This document shows, piece by piece, positions 35,342-42,887 of a stretch of DNA of 43,433 bases; positions within the stretch are counted from its first letter, which is position 1, and every line of letters begins with the position of its first letter. The stretch comes from Alphaproteobacteria bacterium UBA3650. Its GTDB lineage: Bacteria > Pseudomonadota > Alphaproteobacteria > CAAHEQ01 > UBA3637. Below the pieces are notes generated by a model, which did not search any database, was not told the origin of the DNA, and saw only the letters and a program-made list of their open reading frames with translations. The stretch spans positions 1 through 43,433 of the forward strand of contig DFKH01000096.1 in assembly GCA_002373815.1 (NCBI GenBank). The letters are read 5' to 3'. The position numbers and the translations under genes are program-made.

Positions 35342-37105
35342 ATGACAATGACTTACAACGAACTACGCAACTTGTGGATCGATTTTTTTAAAAGCAAAGG
35401 ACACACCGAAGTACCTTCTGCCTCTGTATTACCAGACAATGACGCAACTGTGTTGTTCACAACGGCCGGTATGCAACCATTGGTACCTTATTTAATGGGC
35501 GAAAAACACCCTGGTGGCAAGCGCATTACAGATATCCAAAAATGTGTGCGCACCAACGATATTGCCGAAGTGGGTGACCATTGTCACTTGACATTCTTTG
35601 AAATGATGGGAAACTGGTCCTTGGGCGATTATTTTAAAAAAGAAATGATTGCTTGGAGTTTTGAATTTTTAACCCAAAAATTAGGCTTTAAAAAAGAACA
35701 ATTAGCCGTCACCTGTTTTGCGGGCAACGAAAATGCCCCAAAAGATGAAGAAGCTGCTACTGCTTGGCGGGCGCAAGGCTTAAACGATAATCAGATTTTC
35801 TTTATCGAGGACAACTGGTGGGGATTGGCAGACGGCGGTCCTTGTGGTCCAGACAGCGAAATGTTTATTGATAATGGCAAACCTGCTTGCGGTCCAAATT
35901 GTAACCCATCTTGCAACTGTGGTAAATACACAGAAGTTTGGAATGATGTGTTTATGCAATATCTCAAGAAAAAAGATGGCACAATGGAACCCCTCGTGCA
36001 AAAAAACGTGGATACCGGCATGGGATTGGAACGCACACTTGCTTTCTTAAATGGTGAAGGCGATGTATTTATGACAGAAGTCTTTGAAGATTGCCGCAAA
36101 AAATTAGAGGAATTGAGTGGCAAAAAATACGCCGAAAACTTGGTGCCTTTCCGTAAAGTATTGGATCATTTACGCACAGCCGTCTTTATTTTGGGCGACG
36201 ACAAAGGTGTTCCTCCAAGCAACACAGATCAAGGGTATGTCTTGCGTCGTTTGATTCGTATTGCCATTCGTAATTTGAAAAAATTGGACATCAGTGATTT
36301 CGTTCTGTCTAAATTGGCCGAATGCGTTGTGGATAAGTATAAAACATACTATCCAGAATTGGAACGCAATCGCACCTTTATCATGACAGAGCTAGAAAAG
36401 GAAGAACAACTTTTTAACCGCACCATCAACGCTGGGTTAAAAGAAATGGACAAAGTGCTTTCTCGTGTTCAAAATGAATTGATTGATGGGGAAACAGCTT
36501 TCCACCTATATGACACCTATGGTTTTCCATTGGAATTCACCCAAGAAATTGCCACAGAACACAACGTAAAAGTAGATATAGACGGGTTCAACAAATGTTT
36601 TGAAGCACATCAAGAGCTTTCCCGTAAAGGCGCAGAACAAAAATTCAAAGGAGGATTAGCAGACCATTCTGAAAAATCCGCCCACTACCACACTGCAACC
36701 CATATTATGCAGGCTATTTTGCGTCAAATGTTTGGACCAACCGTCTGCCAAAAAGGAAGCAATATCACACCAGAACGGATGCGTTTTGACTTTTCTTTTG
36801 ATCGTAAAATGACCCCCGAAGAATTGAAGTATTTGGAAGAAAAAGTGAACGAAGTCATCCAACAAAAAATCCCTGTGGTCTGCGAAGAAAAAACTTTGGC
36901 TGAAGCGCAAGCAGAAGGGGCTTTAGGCTTGTTCACCCATAAATATGATGCTGAAAAGGTTAAAGTTTATACCATTGGCAACGTATCCAAAGAGGTGTGT
37001 GGTGGCCCTCACGCTCAAAATACAGGCGATTTAGGACATTTCCGCATCTTGAAAGAAGAATCATCCTCTGCTGGTGTACGCCGTATTAAAGCAGTGTTGG
37101 AATAG
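35342..37105 (+). CDS. alaS: Alanine--tRNA ligase, short form (~587 aa) lacking the C-Ala domain
   Basis: Class IIc catalytic motifs (FTTAGMQP, TFFEMMGNWSLGDYFKKE) and a tRNA-recognition region (GYVLRRLIRIAIR). The editing core carries HTATH and CGGPH zinc ligands. The ORF ends right after the editing core (GVRRIKAVLE). Confidence 0.85.
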   Translation: MTMTYNELRNLWIDFFKSKGHTEVPSASVLPDNDATVLFTTAGMQPLVPYLMGEKHPGGKRITDIQKCVRTNDIAEVGDHCHLTFFEMMGNWSLGDYFKKEMIAWSFEFLTQKLGFKKEQLAVTCFAGNENAPKDEEAATAWRAQGLNDNQIFFIEDNWWGLADGGPCGPDSEMFIDNGKPACGPNCNPSCNCGKYTEVWNDVFMQYLKKKDGTMEPLVQKNVDTGMGLERTLAFLNGEGDVFMTEVFEDCRKKLEELSGKKYAENLVPFRKVLDHLRTAVFILGDDKGVPPSNTDQGYVLRRLIRIAIRNLKKLDISDFVLSKLAECVVDKYKTYYPELERNRTFIMTELEKEEQLFNRTINAGLKEMDKVLSRVQNELIDGETAFHLYDTYGFPLEFTQEIATEHNVKVDIDGFNKCFEAHQELSRKGAEQKFKGGLADHSEKSAHYHTATHIMQAILRQMFGPTVCQKGSNITPERMRFDFSFDRKMTPEELKYLEEKVNEVIQQKIPVVCEEKTLAEAQAEGALGLFTHKYDAEKVKVYTIGNVSKEVCGGPHAQNTGDLGHFRILKEESSSAGVRRIKAVLE

Positions 37106-37114
37106 GAGACAATC

Positions 37115-37588
37115 TTGCGTCGCCAGGAAGTTTATAGTATTAGAGAACATCGTATTCGTTACTTTTTTGACGAACTGTGGGATGCCAAATGGGCGTTATG
37201 CAAACTTATTGGACGATTAGCTTTAATTGGTTTTATTGGAAATGCTTCATATAACTATCTTTTTAAAAATGGAGACACCCCGAAATCATCACTAAAAAAT
37301 AAAATTGCACAATTAGAAAATGTACCCTTAGTTCGGGAATTTAATCACAACTGGCAACAAAGCAAAGCTTTTGTGACAGAAATTGTTCAAGAACACAAAT
37401 ACATGAATTCTCCTGAAGGAAAACAACGCGCTGCTCAGGTACGCAAAATTCGTGCGGAGCGAGAAAAAGACATGGACGAAATGTTCGGAAAGGACGAATG
37501 GCGCATGAAATACGTCAAACCAGGTGATCCAGAATACGCTCAAGCCGCAAAAGATTTCAGAGATCTGATGAACGATCGAATTCGATAA
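37115..37588 (+). CDS. Hypothetical 157-aa membrane-anchored protein with a TTG start
   Basis: GGAG (overlapping the alaS TAG stop) lies 6 nt upstream of the TTG. One hydrophobic helix (LIGRLALIGFIG) and a charged C-terminal half. No known domain. Confidence 0.4.
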   Translation: MRRQEVYSIREHRIRYFFDELWDAKWALCKLIGRLALIGFIGNASYNYLFKNGDTPKSSLKNKIAQLENVPLVREFNHNWQQSKAFVTEIVQEHKYMNSPEGKQRAAQVRKIRAEREKDMDEMFGKDEWRMKYVKPGDPEYAQAAKDFRDLMNDRIR

Positions 37589-38305
37589 TTATTTCAAAAA
37601 ATACTCTATTGTAGAAACAACACGCACTTTTTTATTCACTTGACTAGACTCACCAGAATCTGGATTTTCTTCACGTGCAGTAATGGAAAAAACACCCTGA
37701 TTTGCGTGGCGAATATCCCCCACCTTCGACCCAGAAGTCTTGGCAAACTCATCGGCCGCTGCTTTAGCATTGATAATAGCCGCATTCAACATTTGTGGTT
37801 TAATCTCATTCAGCTTTGTATACACATAAGATACCCCATTGCCATAGGAATTAAAGGTCACACCTTTTGAAACCAAATCACCAATGTTGGGGTAAGTATT
37901 TTGCACCAAAGCAACTTTATCCGTTCTGACCAAAAGCGTTTGATTCAATGTATATCGGGCCGAAATAGAAGATTTATCACGATAACTGTCCGCATAGGCA
38001 TCTTGCATCGTCAAACCCTGCACTAAAATTTCATCAGAACCAAAACCTGCCTTTGTTAAAAACTCGGTAATCATTTTTTGTTGATTTTCAATATCTTTTT
38101 TGGTCATCAAGACATCATTACCACTGGCTTGAAAACGAATAGTCCAAAGTGCTAAATCAGCCACCACATCTTGCTCGGCAAGTCCCTTTACTGTCACAGT
38201 GCGATTATCCATTTGGGAATGATAATAATAATACCCAGGGAAAAAACCAGCCAACAATAAACCTGTACCAATTAAAGCCGCCGAAGTGATAATACTTTTC
38301 TGCAT
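37589..38305 (-). CDS. SIMPL-domain (DUF541 / BP26-like) periplasmic protein
   Basis: N-terminal anchor, 238 aa, and a sequence pattern like the 26-kDa periplasmic immunogenic protein family (TVTVKG...DLALWTIRF). Confidence 0.6.
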   Translation of the reverse strand: MQKSIITSAALIGTGLLLAGFFPGYYYYHSQMDNRTVTVKGLAEQDVVADLALWTIRFQASGNDVLMTKKDIENQQKMITEFLTKAGFGSDEILVQGLTMQDAYADSYRDKSSISARYTLNQTLLVRTDKVALVQNTYPNIGDLVSKGVTFNSYGNGVSYVYTKLNEIKPQMLNAAIINAKAAADEFAKTSGSKVGDIRHANQGVFSITAREENPDSGESSQVNKKVRVVSTIEYFLK

Positions 38306-38328
38306 ATATGTCTCCTTTGCTGTAAGGA

Positions 38329-38357
38329 AATATAGCCCCTTTTCCGCTAAAAGTCAA
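38329..38357 (-). promoter_or_regulatory. Promoter of the SIMPL gene (TTGACT, 17 nt, TATATT)
   Basis: On the plus strand, agtcaa is at 38352-38357 and aatata at 38329-38334, with a 17-nt spacer. Confidence 0.5.
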
Positions 38358-38425
38358 AAAGAAAAAAGTCGTCACTTCCAGACAACTTGTTCTTTTCTGA
38401 CGGGCAATTCTGTACAAAATGAAAA

Positions 38426-39073
38426 TTAAGAGTGTTGTTTTAGCAAAAAATTTCTTAAGAGATGCGATATTTTTTGTCTTGGAAGTACAGAAACAAAAGA
38501 AAGGTTTTGATGTCTTTCTAAAGCTTTTTTCTGTTCCTGTGTCGTTTGAATTTGTCCCAAAATTACCTTATTCCACTTGTTGTTAGGATTTGATAAAATC
38601 TCATCAATCGTCTGAACAGAATCGTTTCCCAACTTATTATTCTCAATATCCAATAAATCCAGCTGATTATGCCTTAAGGTACGCAAAATAGGTACCGCAC
38701 CCTTATCCGTTAGACCAATTCCGCTTAAAATAACTTTTTTACACACTGTGTTTTCACGAAAAGCTTTTGCAATGTCGAGAGCGAGCCTGTCTGCATTTGG
38801 AACTTTGTCCATCGACCCCAATTCAAAAGCTGTATCTCTCGGATCATTGGCTTTAATCCTATTCAGAACATATTTAATTTCCAAAAAAGTATTCGGTTTT
38901 GGGTCGTAATTTGCAAAAATGGCTGGAGAATCTGAAAAAATGAGCTCATACAATTTGCCTTTATATTCAGCCATATTCTTTTCCCATTTTTCGTGTTGAT
39001 GACAGAAAACTTCTTTTTCTTTGTCAGAAAAATTATGTAAGTATCTTTCCTCTATCGTGTGATCTTCATACAT
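38426..39073 (-). CDS. Leucine-rich-repeat protein of the ribonuclease-inhibitor (RNI) type (215 aa)
   Basis: LRR_RI-like units of about 28 aa (KKVILSGIGLTDKGAVPILRTLRHNQLDLLDIENNKLGNDSVQTIDEIL). The start was trimmed to MYEDH (39073) because the ORF-track extension overlaps the tRNA. Confidence 0.6.
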   Translation of the reverse strand: MYEDHTIEERYLHNFSDKEKEVFCHQHEKWEKNMAEYKGKLYELIFSDSPAIFANYDPKPNTFLEIKYVLNRIKANDPRDTAFELGSMDKVPNADRLALDIAKAFRENTVCKKVILSGIGLTDKGAVPILRTLRHNQLDLLDIENNKLGNDSVQTIDEILSNPNNKWNKVILGQIQTTQEQKKALERHQNLSFVSVLPRQKISHLLRNFLLKQHS

Positions 39074-39104
39074 ATACTCTTCCTTCAAAAAAATTATCGG
39101 AATT

Positions 39105-39193
39105 TGGCGGAGCGTACAGGACTCGAACCTGTGCATCCCTTTAACAGGATGACGGATTAGCAATCCGCTGCATTACCACTCTGCCAACGCTCC
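39105..39193 (-). tRNA. tRNA-Ser (anticodon GCU), class II with a long variable arm and an encoded CCA
   Basis: Folded by hand. Acceptor GGAGCGT with ACGCTCC, and a 3-bp D stem. Anticodon stem GCGGA with TCCGT, loop TTGCTAA. Variable arm CATCC with GGATG. T arm ACAGG-TTCGAGT-CCTGT, discriminator G, CCA. Confidence 0.9.
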
Positions 39194-39208
39194 TCAGGTG
39201 GTGGATTC

Positions 39209-39237
39209 AGCATACCAAAAACGCTTTCAAATGTCAA
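39209..39237 (-). promoter_or_regulatory. tRNA-Ser promoter (TTGACA, 17 nt, TATGCT)
   Basis: On the plus strand, tgtcaa is at 39232-39237 and agcata at 39209-39214, with a 17-nt spacer. It lies 15 nt upstream of the mature tRNA 5' end. Confidence 0.6.
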
Positions 39238-39259
39238 GCTTTTTCTTAAAATTGAAGAA

Positions 39260-39643
39260 TTAAAATGGCAATTTAAGTTTCATTTTGACACCAGATAATT
39301 TTTGCCTAACCCAATGCGAAAAAGAACTTTTGTCTTCTTCGTCCTTTTGGGTTATATCATCCTCTTTCCACAACAGCTCTTGTTCCATCTGAATAGACGC
39401 TTCTGTTTCTATTTTTTCTGACTGCTTTTGTATTTGTTTAACTGCTATTTTTTTTCGTACTGATTGTGGCAAGAATACATTGTTTTGATGTACTTTTTCA
39501 AGAGCCTTTAAGTCTAATTTCATGTGTGCAGCGTTATCCAATGCAATGGGTTCAACAATAGGTTCCCTTTTATTTGTTTTAAAAATAATCACCAAAACGC
39601 AGAGAATGCAACTTACAAATACAAAAGGAATAATTTTTTTCAT
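39260..39643 (-). CDS. Hypothetical membrane-anchored protein (127 aa)
   Basis: MKKIIPFVFVSCILCVLVIIF anchor followed by a charged, coiled-coil-like region. The Shine-Dalgarno is weak. Confidence 0.45.
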   Translation of the reverse strand: MKKIIPFVFVSCILCVLVIIFKTNKREPIVEPIALDNAAHMKLDLKALEKVHQNNVFLPQSVRKKIAVKQIQKQSEKIETEASIQMEQELLWKEDDITQKDEEDKSSFSHWVRQKLSGVKMKLKLPF

Positions 39644-39683
39644 ATGCACCAGCTCGCACAAAACAAAAATGTTTTTTGTTCAG

Positions 39684-39712
39684 AAAAAATGCACCCCTAT
39701 TTTTAGGGGTGC
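39684..39712 (-). terminator. Rho-independent terminator of thrS
   Basis: An 8-bp hairpin (plus-strand GCACCCCT 39691-39698 with AGGGGTGC 39705-39712). In minus sense it is followed by ATTTTTTCT. Confidence 0.7.
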
Positions 39713-39725
39713 TTCACATATCAAT

Positions 39726-41666
39726 TTAATCCCATAAATTCAAAGATTGAGTATCGTTCACTTTCTTCACTGTGGCGATAAAGTCATCCAAAGAAATCGC
39801 ATTCTTTTGGGCACCAGTTCTATCACGCACAGAAATGGTGTTCGATTCAATTTCTTTGTCACCAATAATCACAGCATAGGGGATTTTGGCATTGTGAGCT
39901 TCACGAATCTGATAGCCAATTGTGTTGGATTGGCGTTCCATTTCGGCGCGAATACCCGCTGCTTGCAATTTATCCAAAATCTTTTGAGCAGCTTCGCGGT
40001 GTTTATCAGACACGGGCAATAAACGCACTTGAACAGGGCAAATCCACACAGGGAAAGCCCCGGCAAAGTGTTCCGTTAAAACACCCATAAAGCGTTCCAA
40101 AGAGCCATACAACACGCGGTGAATCACAACGGGTGTCTTTTGGCTACCATCTTTATCAATGTATTTGCATCCAAAACGCCCAGCCAATTGGAAATCCAAT
40201 TGGAAAGTCCCTGTCTGCCATTCACGCCCCAAAGCATCCTTCATGGCAATATCCACCTTTGGACCATAAAACGCCCCATCTTTTTCTTTCAAAGCATAGT
40301 TGCCTTTGCCACAGTGTTTATCCAAAATCCGGCGCAAAGCATCTTCTGCCCGATTCCATGTTTCGATATCACCAATAAAATCATCTGGACGAGTAGAAAG
40401 TTTCATCTCATACTTCAGTCCAAACAAGTTATAGAATTGATCAGCCAAGGCAAACAGCCGCTCATATTCTTCCTCAATTTGATCTTCTGTGATAAAAATA
40501 TGTGCATCATCTTGGTGGAATTCACGTACACGGAACATTCCATTCAAAGCGCCAGACGCTTCGTTACGGTGAATCATATCCACATCAGAAAACCGAATAG
40601 GCAAATCTTGATAAGACCTTGTTTTTAAATTAAACAACAACATGGTTGAAGGACAGCTCATGGGCTTTAAAGCATAAACTTCATTTTCCGCCATCTCCGT
40701 TGCTGTCAAAAGATACATATCATCTTTATAGTGCGCCCAGTGACCAGAAGTTTCCCACAAGACTTTTGAGTTCATGAGGGGACCAGCAAATTCTTGATAT
40801 CCCGCTTTTTCATGTTCTTTACGCCAATAATCAAGCAAGATATTGTACATCTTTAAACCTTTTGGCAACCAATAAGGGCAACCAGGTGCCGTTGGATCAA
40901 AATAGAATAAATCTAATGCTTTACCGATTTTACGATGGTCACGTTTTTCCGCTTCCGCCATTAAATCAAAATAAGCCTTTAATTCCTTTTCAGACCAAAA
41001 AGCCGTTCCATAAACACGCTGCAAAGATTCCCGATTAGAATCGCCACGCCAATAAGCCGCCGCGACCTTCGTCAACTTAAATGCTTTGCCAATTAAACCT
41101 GTGCGTGGCAAGTGTGGACCACGACAAAGTTCCACATAATCACCCTGTGCATATAAAGAAACTTCTTTCACATCTTCGGGCAAATCGTCAATCAATTCCA
41201 CCTTAAACGTTTCGCCTCGTTTCGTAAAAATATCCCGAGCTGTTTCACGTGAAACAACGCTACGTGTAATTTCCAAATCTGCCGCTACAATCTCAGCCAT
41301 CTTAGCTTCAATTTTGGGCAAATCTTCCTCCTTTAAGATAATACCATGGAAATCATAATAAAAGCCATTATCAATAGCAGGACCAATGGTCGCTTTGGCA
41401 TTAGGATATAATGCTTCCACAGCTTGCGCCAAAGTATGTGCAGTGGAATGACGCAAAATTTCTAAAGACTCAGGGGTTTTGGTTGTCACGATAGAAACTG
41501 TTGCATTTGTTGTGATAGGCGTCATTAAATCAGTGAGTGTGCCATCCACGATTGTGGCTAAAGCAGCTTTGGCTAAGTTGACACTAATTTTTTCTGCGAT
41601 TTGAAGTCCATTTACGGGCGCTTCAAAGGGCAATTTTGACCCATCGGGCAACTGTATTTCTATCAT
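39726..41666 (-). CDS. thrS: Threonine--tRNA ligase
   Basis: TGS N-terminus (MIEIQLPDGS), an editing domain with HSTAH, class II core motifs, and 646 aa. Confidence 0.95.
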   Translation of the reverse strand: MIEIQLPDGSKLPFEAPVNGLQIAEKISVNLAKAALATIVDGTLTDLMTPITTNATVSIVTTKTPESLEILRHSTAHTLAQAVEALYPNAKATIGPAIDNGFYYDFHGIILKEEDLPKIEAKMAEIVAADLEITRSVVSRETARDIFTKRGETFKVELIDDLPEDVKEVSLYAQGDYVELCRGPHLPRTGLIGKAFKLTKVAAAYWRGDSNRESLQRVYGTAFWSEKELKAYFDLMAEAEKRDHRKIGKALDLFYFDPTAPGCPYWLPKGLKMYNILLDYWRKEHEKAGYQEFAGPLMNSKVLWETSGHWAHYKDDMYLLTATEMAENEVYALKPMSCPSTMLLFNLKTRSYQDLPIRFSDVDMIHRNEASGALNGMFRVREFHQDDAHIFITEDQIEEEYERLFALADQFYNLFGLKYEMKLSTRPDDFIGDIETWNRAEDALRRILDKHCGKGNYALKEKDGAFYGPKVDIAMKDALGREWQTGTFQLDFQLAGRFGCKYIDKDGSQKTPVVIHRVLYGSLERFMGVLTEHFAGAFPVWICPVQVRLLPVSDKHREAAQKILDKLQAAGIRAEMERQSNTIGYQIREAHNAKIPYAVIIGDKEIESNTISVRDRTGAQKNAISLDDFIATVKKVNDTQSLNLWD

Positions 41667-41722
41667 TTTATTTCCTTTAAAGTTAAAATTACGTCGGACA
41701 ACCCCTGCCCGACAACGACAAT

Positions 41723-41751
41723 ATAATAGCAGATTTTTCTAAAAAAGTCAA
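41723..41751 (-). promoter_or_regulatory. thrS promoter (TTGACT, 17 nt, TATTAT)
   Basis: On the plus strand, agtcaa is at 41746-41751 (overlapping the stop of the upstream gene) and ataata at 41723-41728, with a 17-nt spacer. A 5-bp leader hairpin (GTCGG with CCGAC) follows. Confidence 0.55.
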
Positions 41752-42884
41752 CGATTTTTATGTCTCTTTACGCGATGAGCAACCTTCTTTAAAAGAGACA
41801 TATTTTTCTTTTTATCATCTTTTTTTTGAACAACAGTGCCTTGTCTTGAGAGAACAAATACTGGAATTTTTGAATCTTCAGGAACAGGTATTTCAACCCA
41901 AACCTCTCTTTTTTCATCAAACAAGCCATCAATGTATTCAATCAGTGGATCTATATATGTCCGATGTAATCTGATATGATCATTTTTGCTGACCCAACAC
42001 ATATTTTCCAAATCATTGTCACCACCCAAGGATCGAGGCAACACATGGTGACATGTTAAATCAGCATATTCTGGCACATGACCCGTTTTCAAAATCTTTT
42101 CTTTCGTCTTGCTTGGCAAATGATCAAAATCACCTCTGACAAAAGAAGCTCTGACAACATCTTGTCTTTGGCGCAAATATTCCTGGCGCGTCTTTGCGCG
42201 TTCCTCCACAGATGGTGCTTTCGTCTTTACAAGAGAAAACTTCATGCCTTCAGGCGCTTTTGCCCTACGTTGCAACCGCAACACTATCGTTTTTTTGTTT
42301 TTTGACACAGAAACGTATCGCAAAGAATTGGCTCGCCACTTTGCTTTACGATCAAAATACTGCGCAATTTCTTGTTTTTCATAATTCGGCACAAAATTTA
42401 AAAAATCCTGTCTTGAAAAAAAGGTAGGAATCGGCGGAAGTTGCGCATATATATGGTGTACCTCTCCTCGATTTAAAAAAGCTCTTAATTCAGGAATTAC
42501 TTGTCGCCAGTACAATCGGTACATCAACAAAGAAACTTCTTTTGGCACAATATATAAATTATCAATGGAATAAGCACCCCCAACGGCAGGTGGAATAATA
42601 AAATCCACTTGATATCCTTGAGGCAATTTTCCGTGTATTTCCGCATTTTTTCTATCTCTGATGGAAAAGCTTGAAAACAGCCCCTGTGCAGCCGATCGTT
42701 TTACCAACCGATTAGCTTCTTTTTTAAAATCAAATTTATCATCAGGATGAGTTTCTAAATCTAATAAATAGGTATTTTTCTCTGGACTCGGCTCTCTAAC
42801 CAAAAACTCTAATACCGTATTTTTATATTCATCCCGTCTTTTGCGATAATGCTTATATTTTGAATTTAAATTAAAATCATCCAT
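41748..42884 (-). CDS. Basic 378-aa protein with two tandem HNH (His-Me finger)-like modules, the N-terminal one degenerate
   Basis: A canonical HNH motif, CHHVLPRSLGGDNDLENMCWVSKNDHIRLH, lies near the C-terminus. A paralogous module, VDFIIPPAVGGAYSIDNLYIVPKEV, lacks the catalytic His pair. The gene starts 3 nt after the phoB stop. Confidence 0.65.
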   Translation of the reverse strand: MDDFNLNSKYKHYRKRRDEYKNTVLEFLVREPSPEKNTYLLDLETHPDDKFDFKKEANRLVKRSAAQGLFSSFSIRDRKNAEIHGKLPQGYQVDFIIPPAVGGAYSIDNLYIVPKEVSLLMYRLYWRQVIPELRAFLNRGEVHHIYAQLPPIPTFFSRQDFLNFVPNYEKQEIAQYFDRKAKWRANSLRYVSVSKNKKTIVLRLQRRAKAPEGMKFSLVKTKAPSVEERAKTRQEYLRQRQDVVRASFVRGDFDHLPSKTKEKILKTGHVPEYADLTCHHVLPRSLGGDNDLENMCWVSKNDHIRLHRTYIDPLIEYIDGLFDEKREVWVEIPVPEDSKIPVFVLSRQGTVVQKKDDKKKNMSLLKKVAHRVKRHKNR

Positions 42885-42887
42885 CTC

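Noticed and set aside
39074-39163. The N-terminal extension of the LRR ORF.
   Set aside because: It overlaps the tRNA-Ser gene on the same strand, so it cannot be coding. The start was moved to 39073.
37589-39260. A direct repeat of the tRNA-Ser 3' end that would mark an integrated island (att site).
   Set aside because: Reading by eye, I found only 6-nt chance matches (for example GTACAG near 38485). There is no integrase gene nearby. The island idea therefore stays a weak inference resting only on the accessory nature of the neighbouring genes.
40119-40628. A 169-aa ORF antisense to thrS, with others at 39747-40378.
   Set aside because: These are shadow ORFs inside ThrRS.
41667-41722. The thrS leader hairpin as a tRNA-Thr anticodon-arm mimic (an E. 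coli-style ThrRS operator).
   Set aside because: Only a 5-bp stem (GTCGG with CCGAC) with an 11-nt loop is present, and there is no clear CGU, GGU or UGU anticodon-like loop context. That is insufficient evidence.
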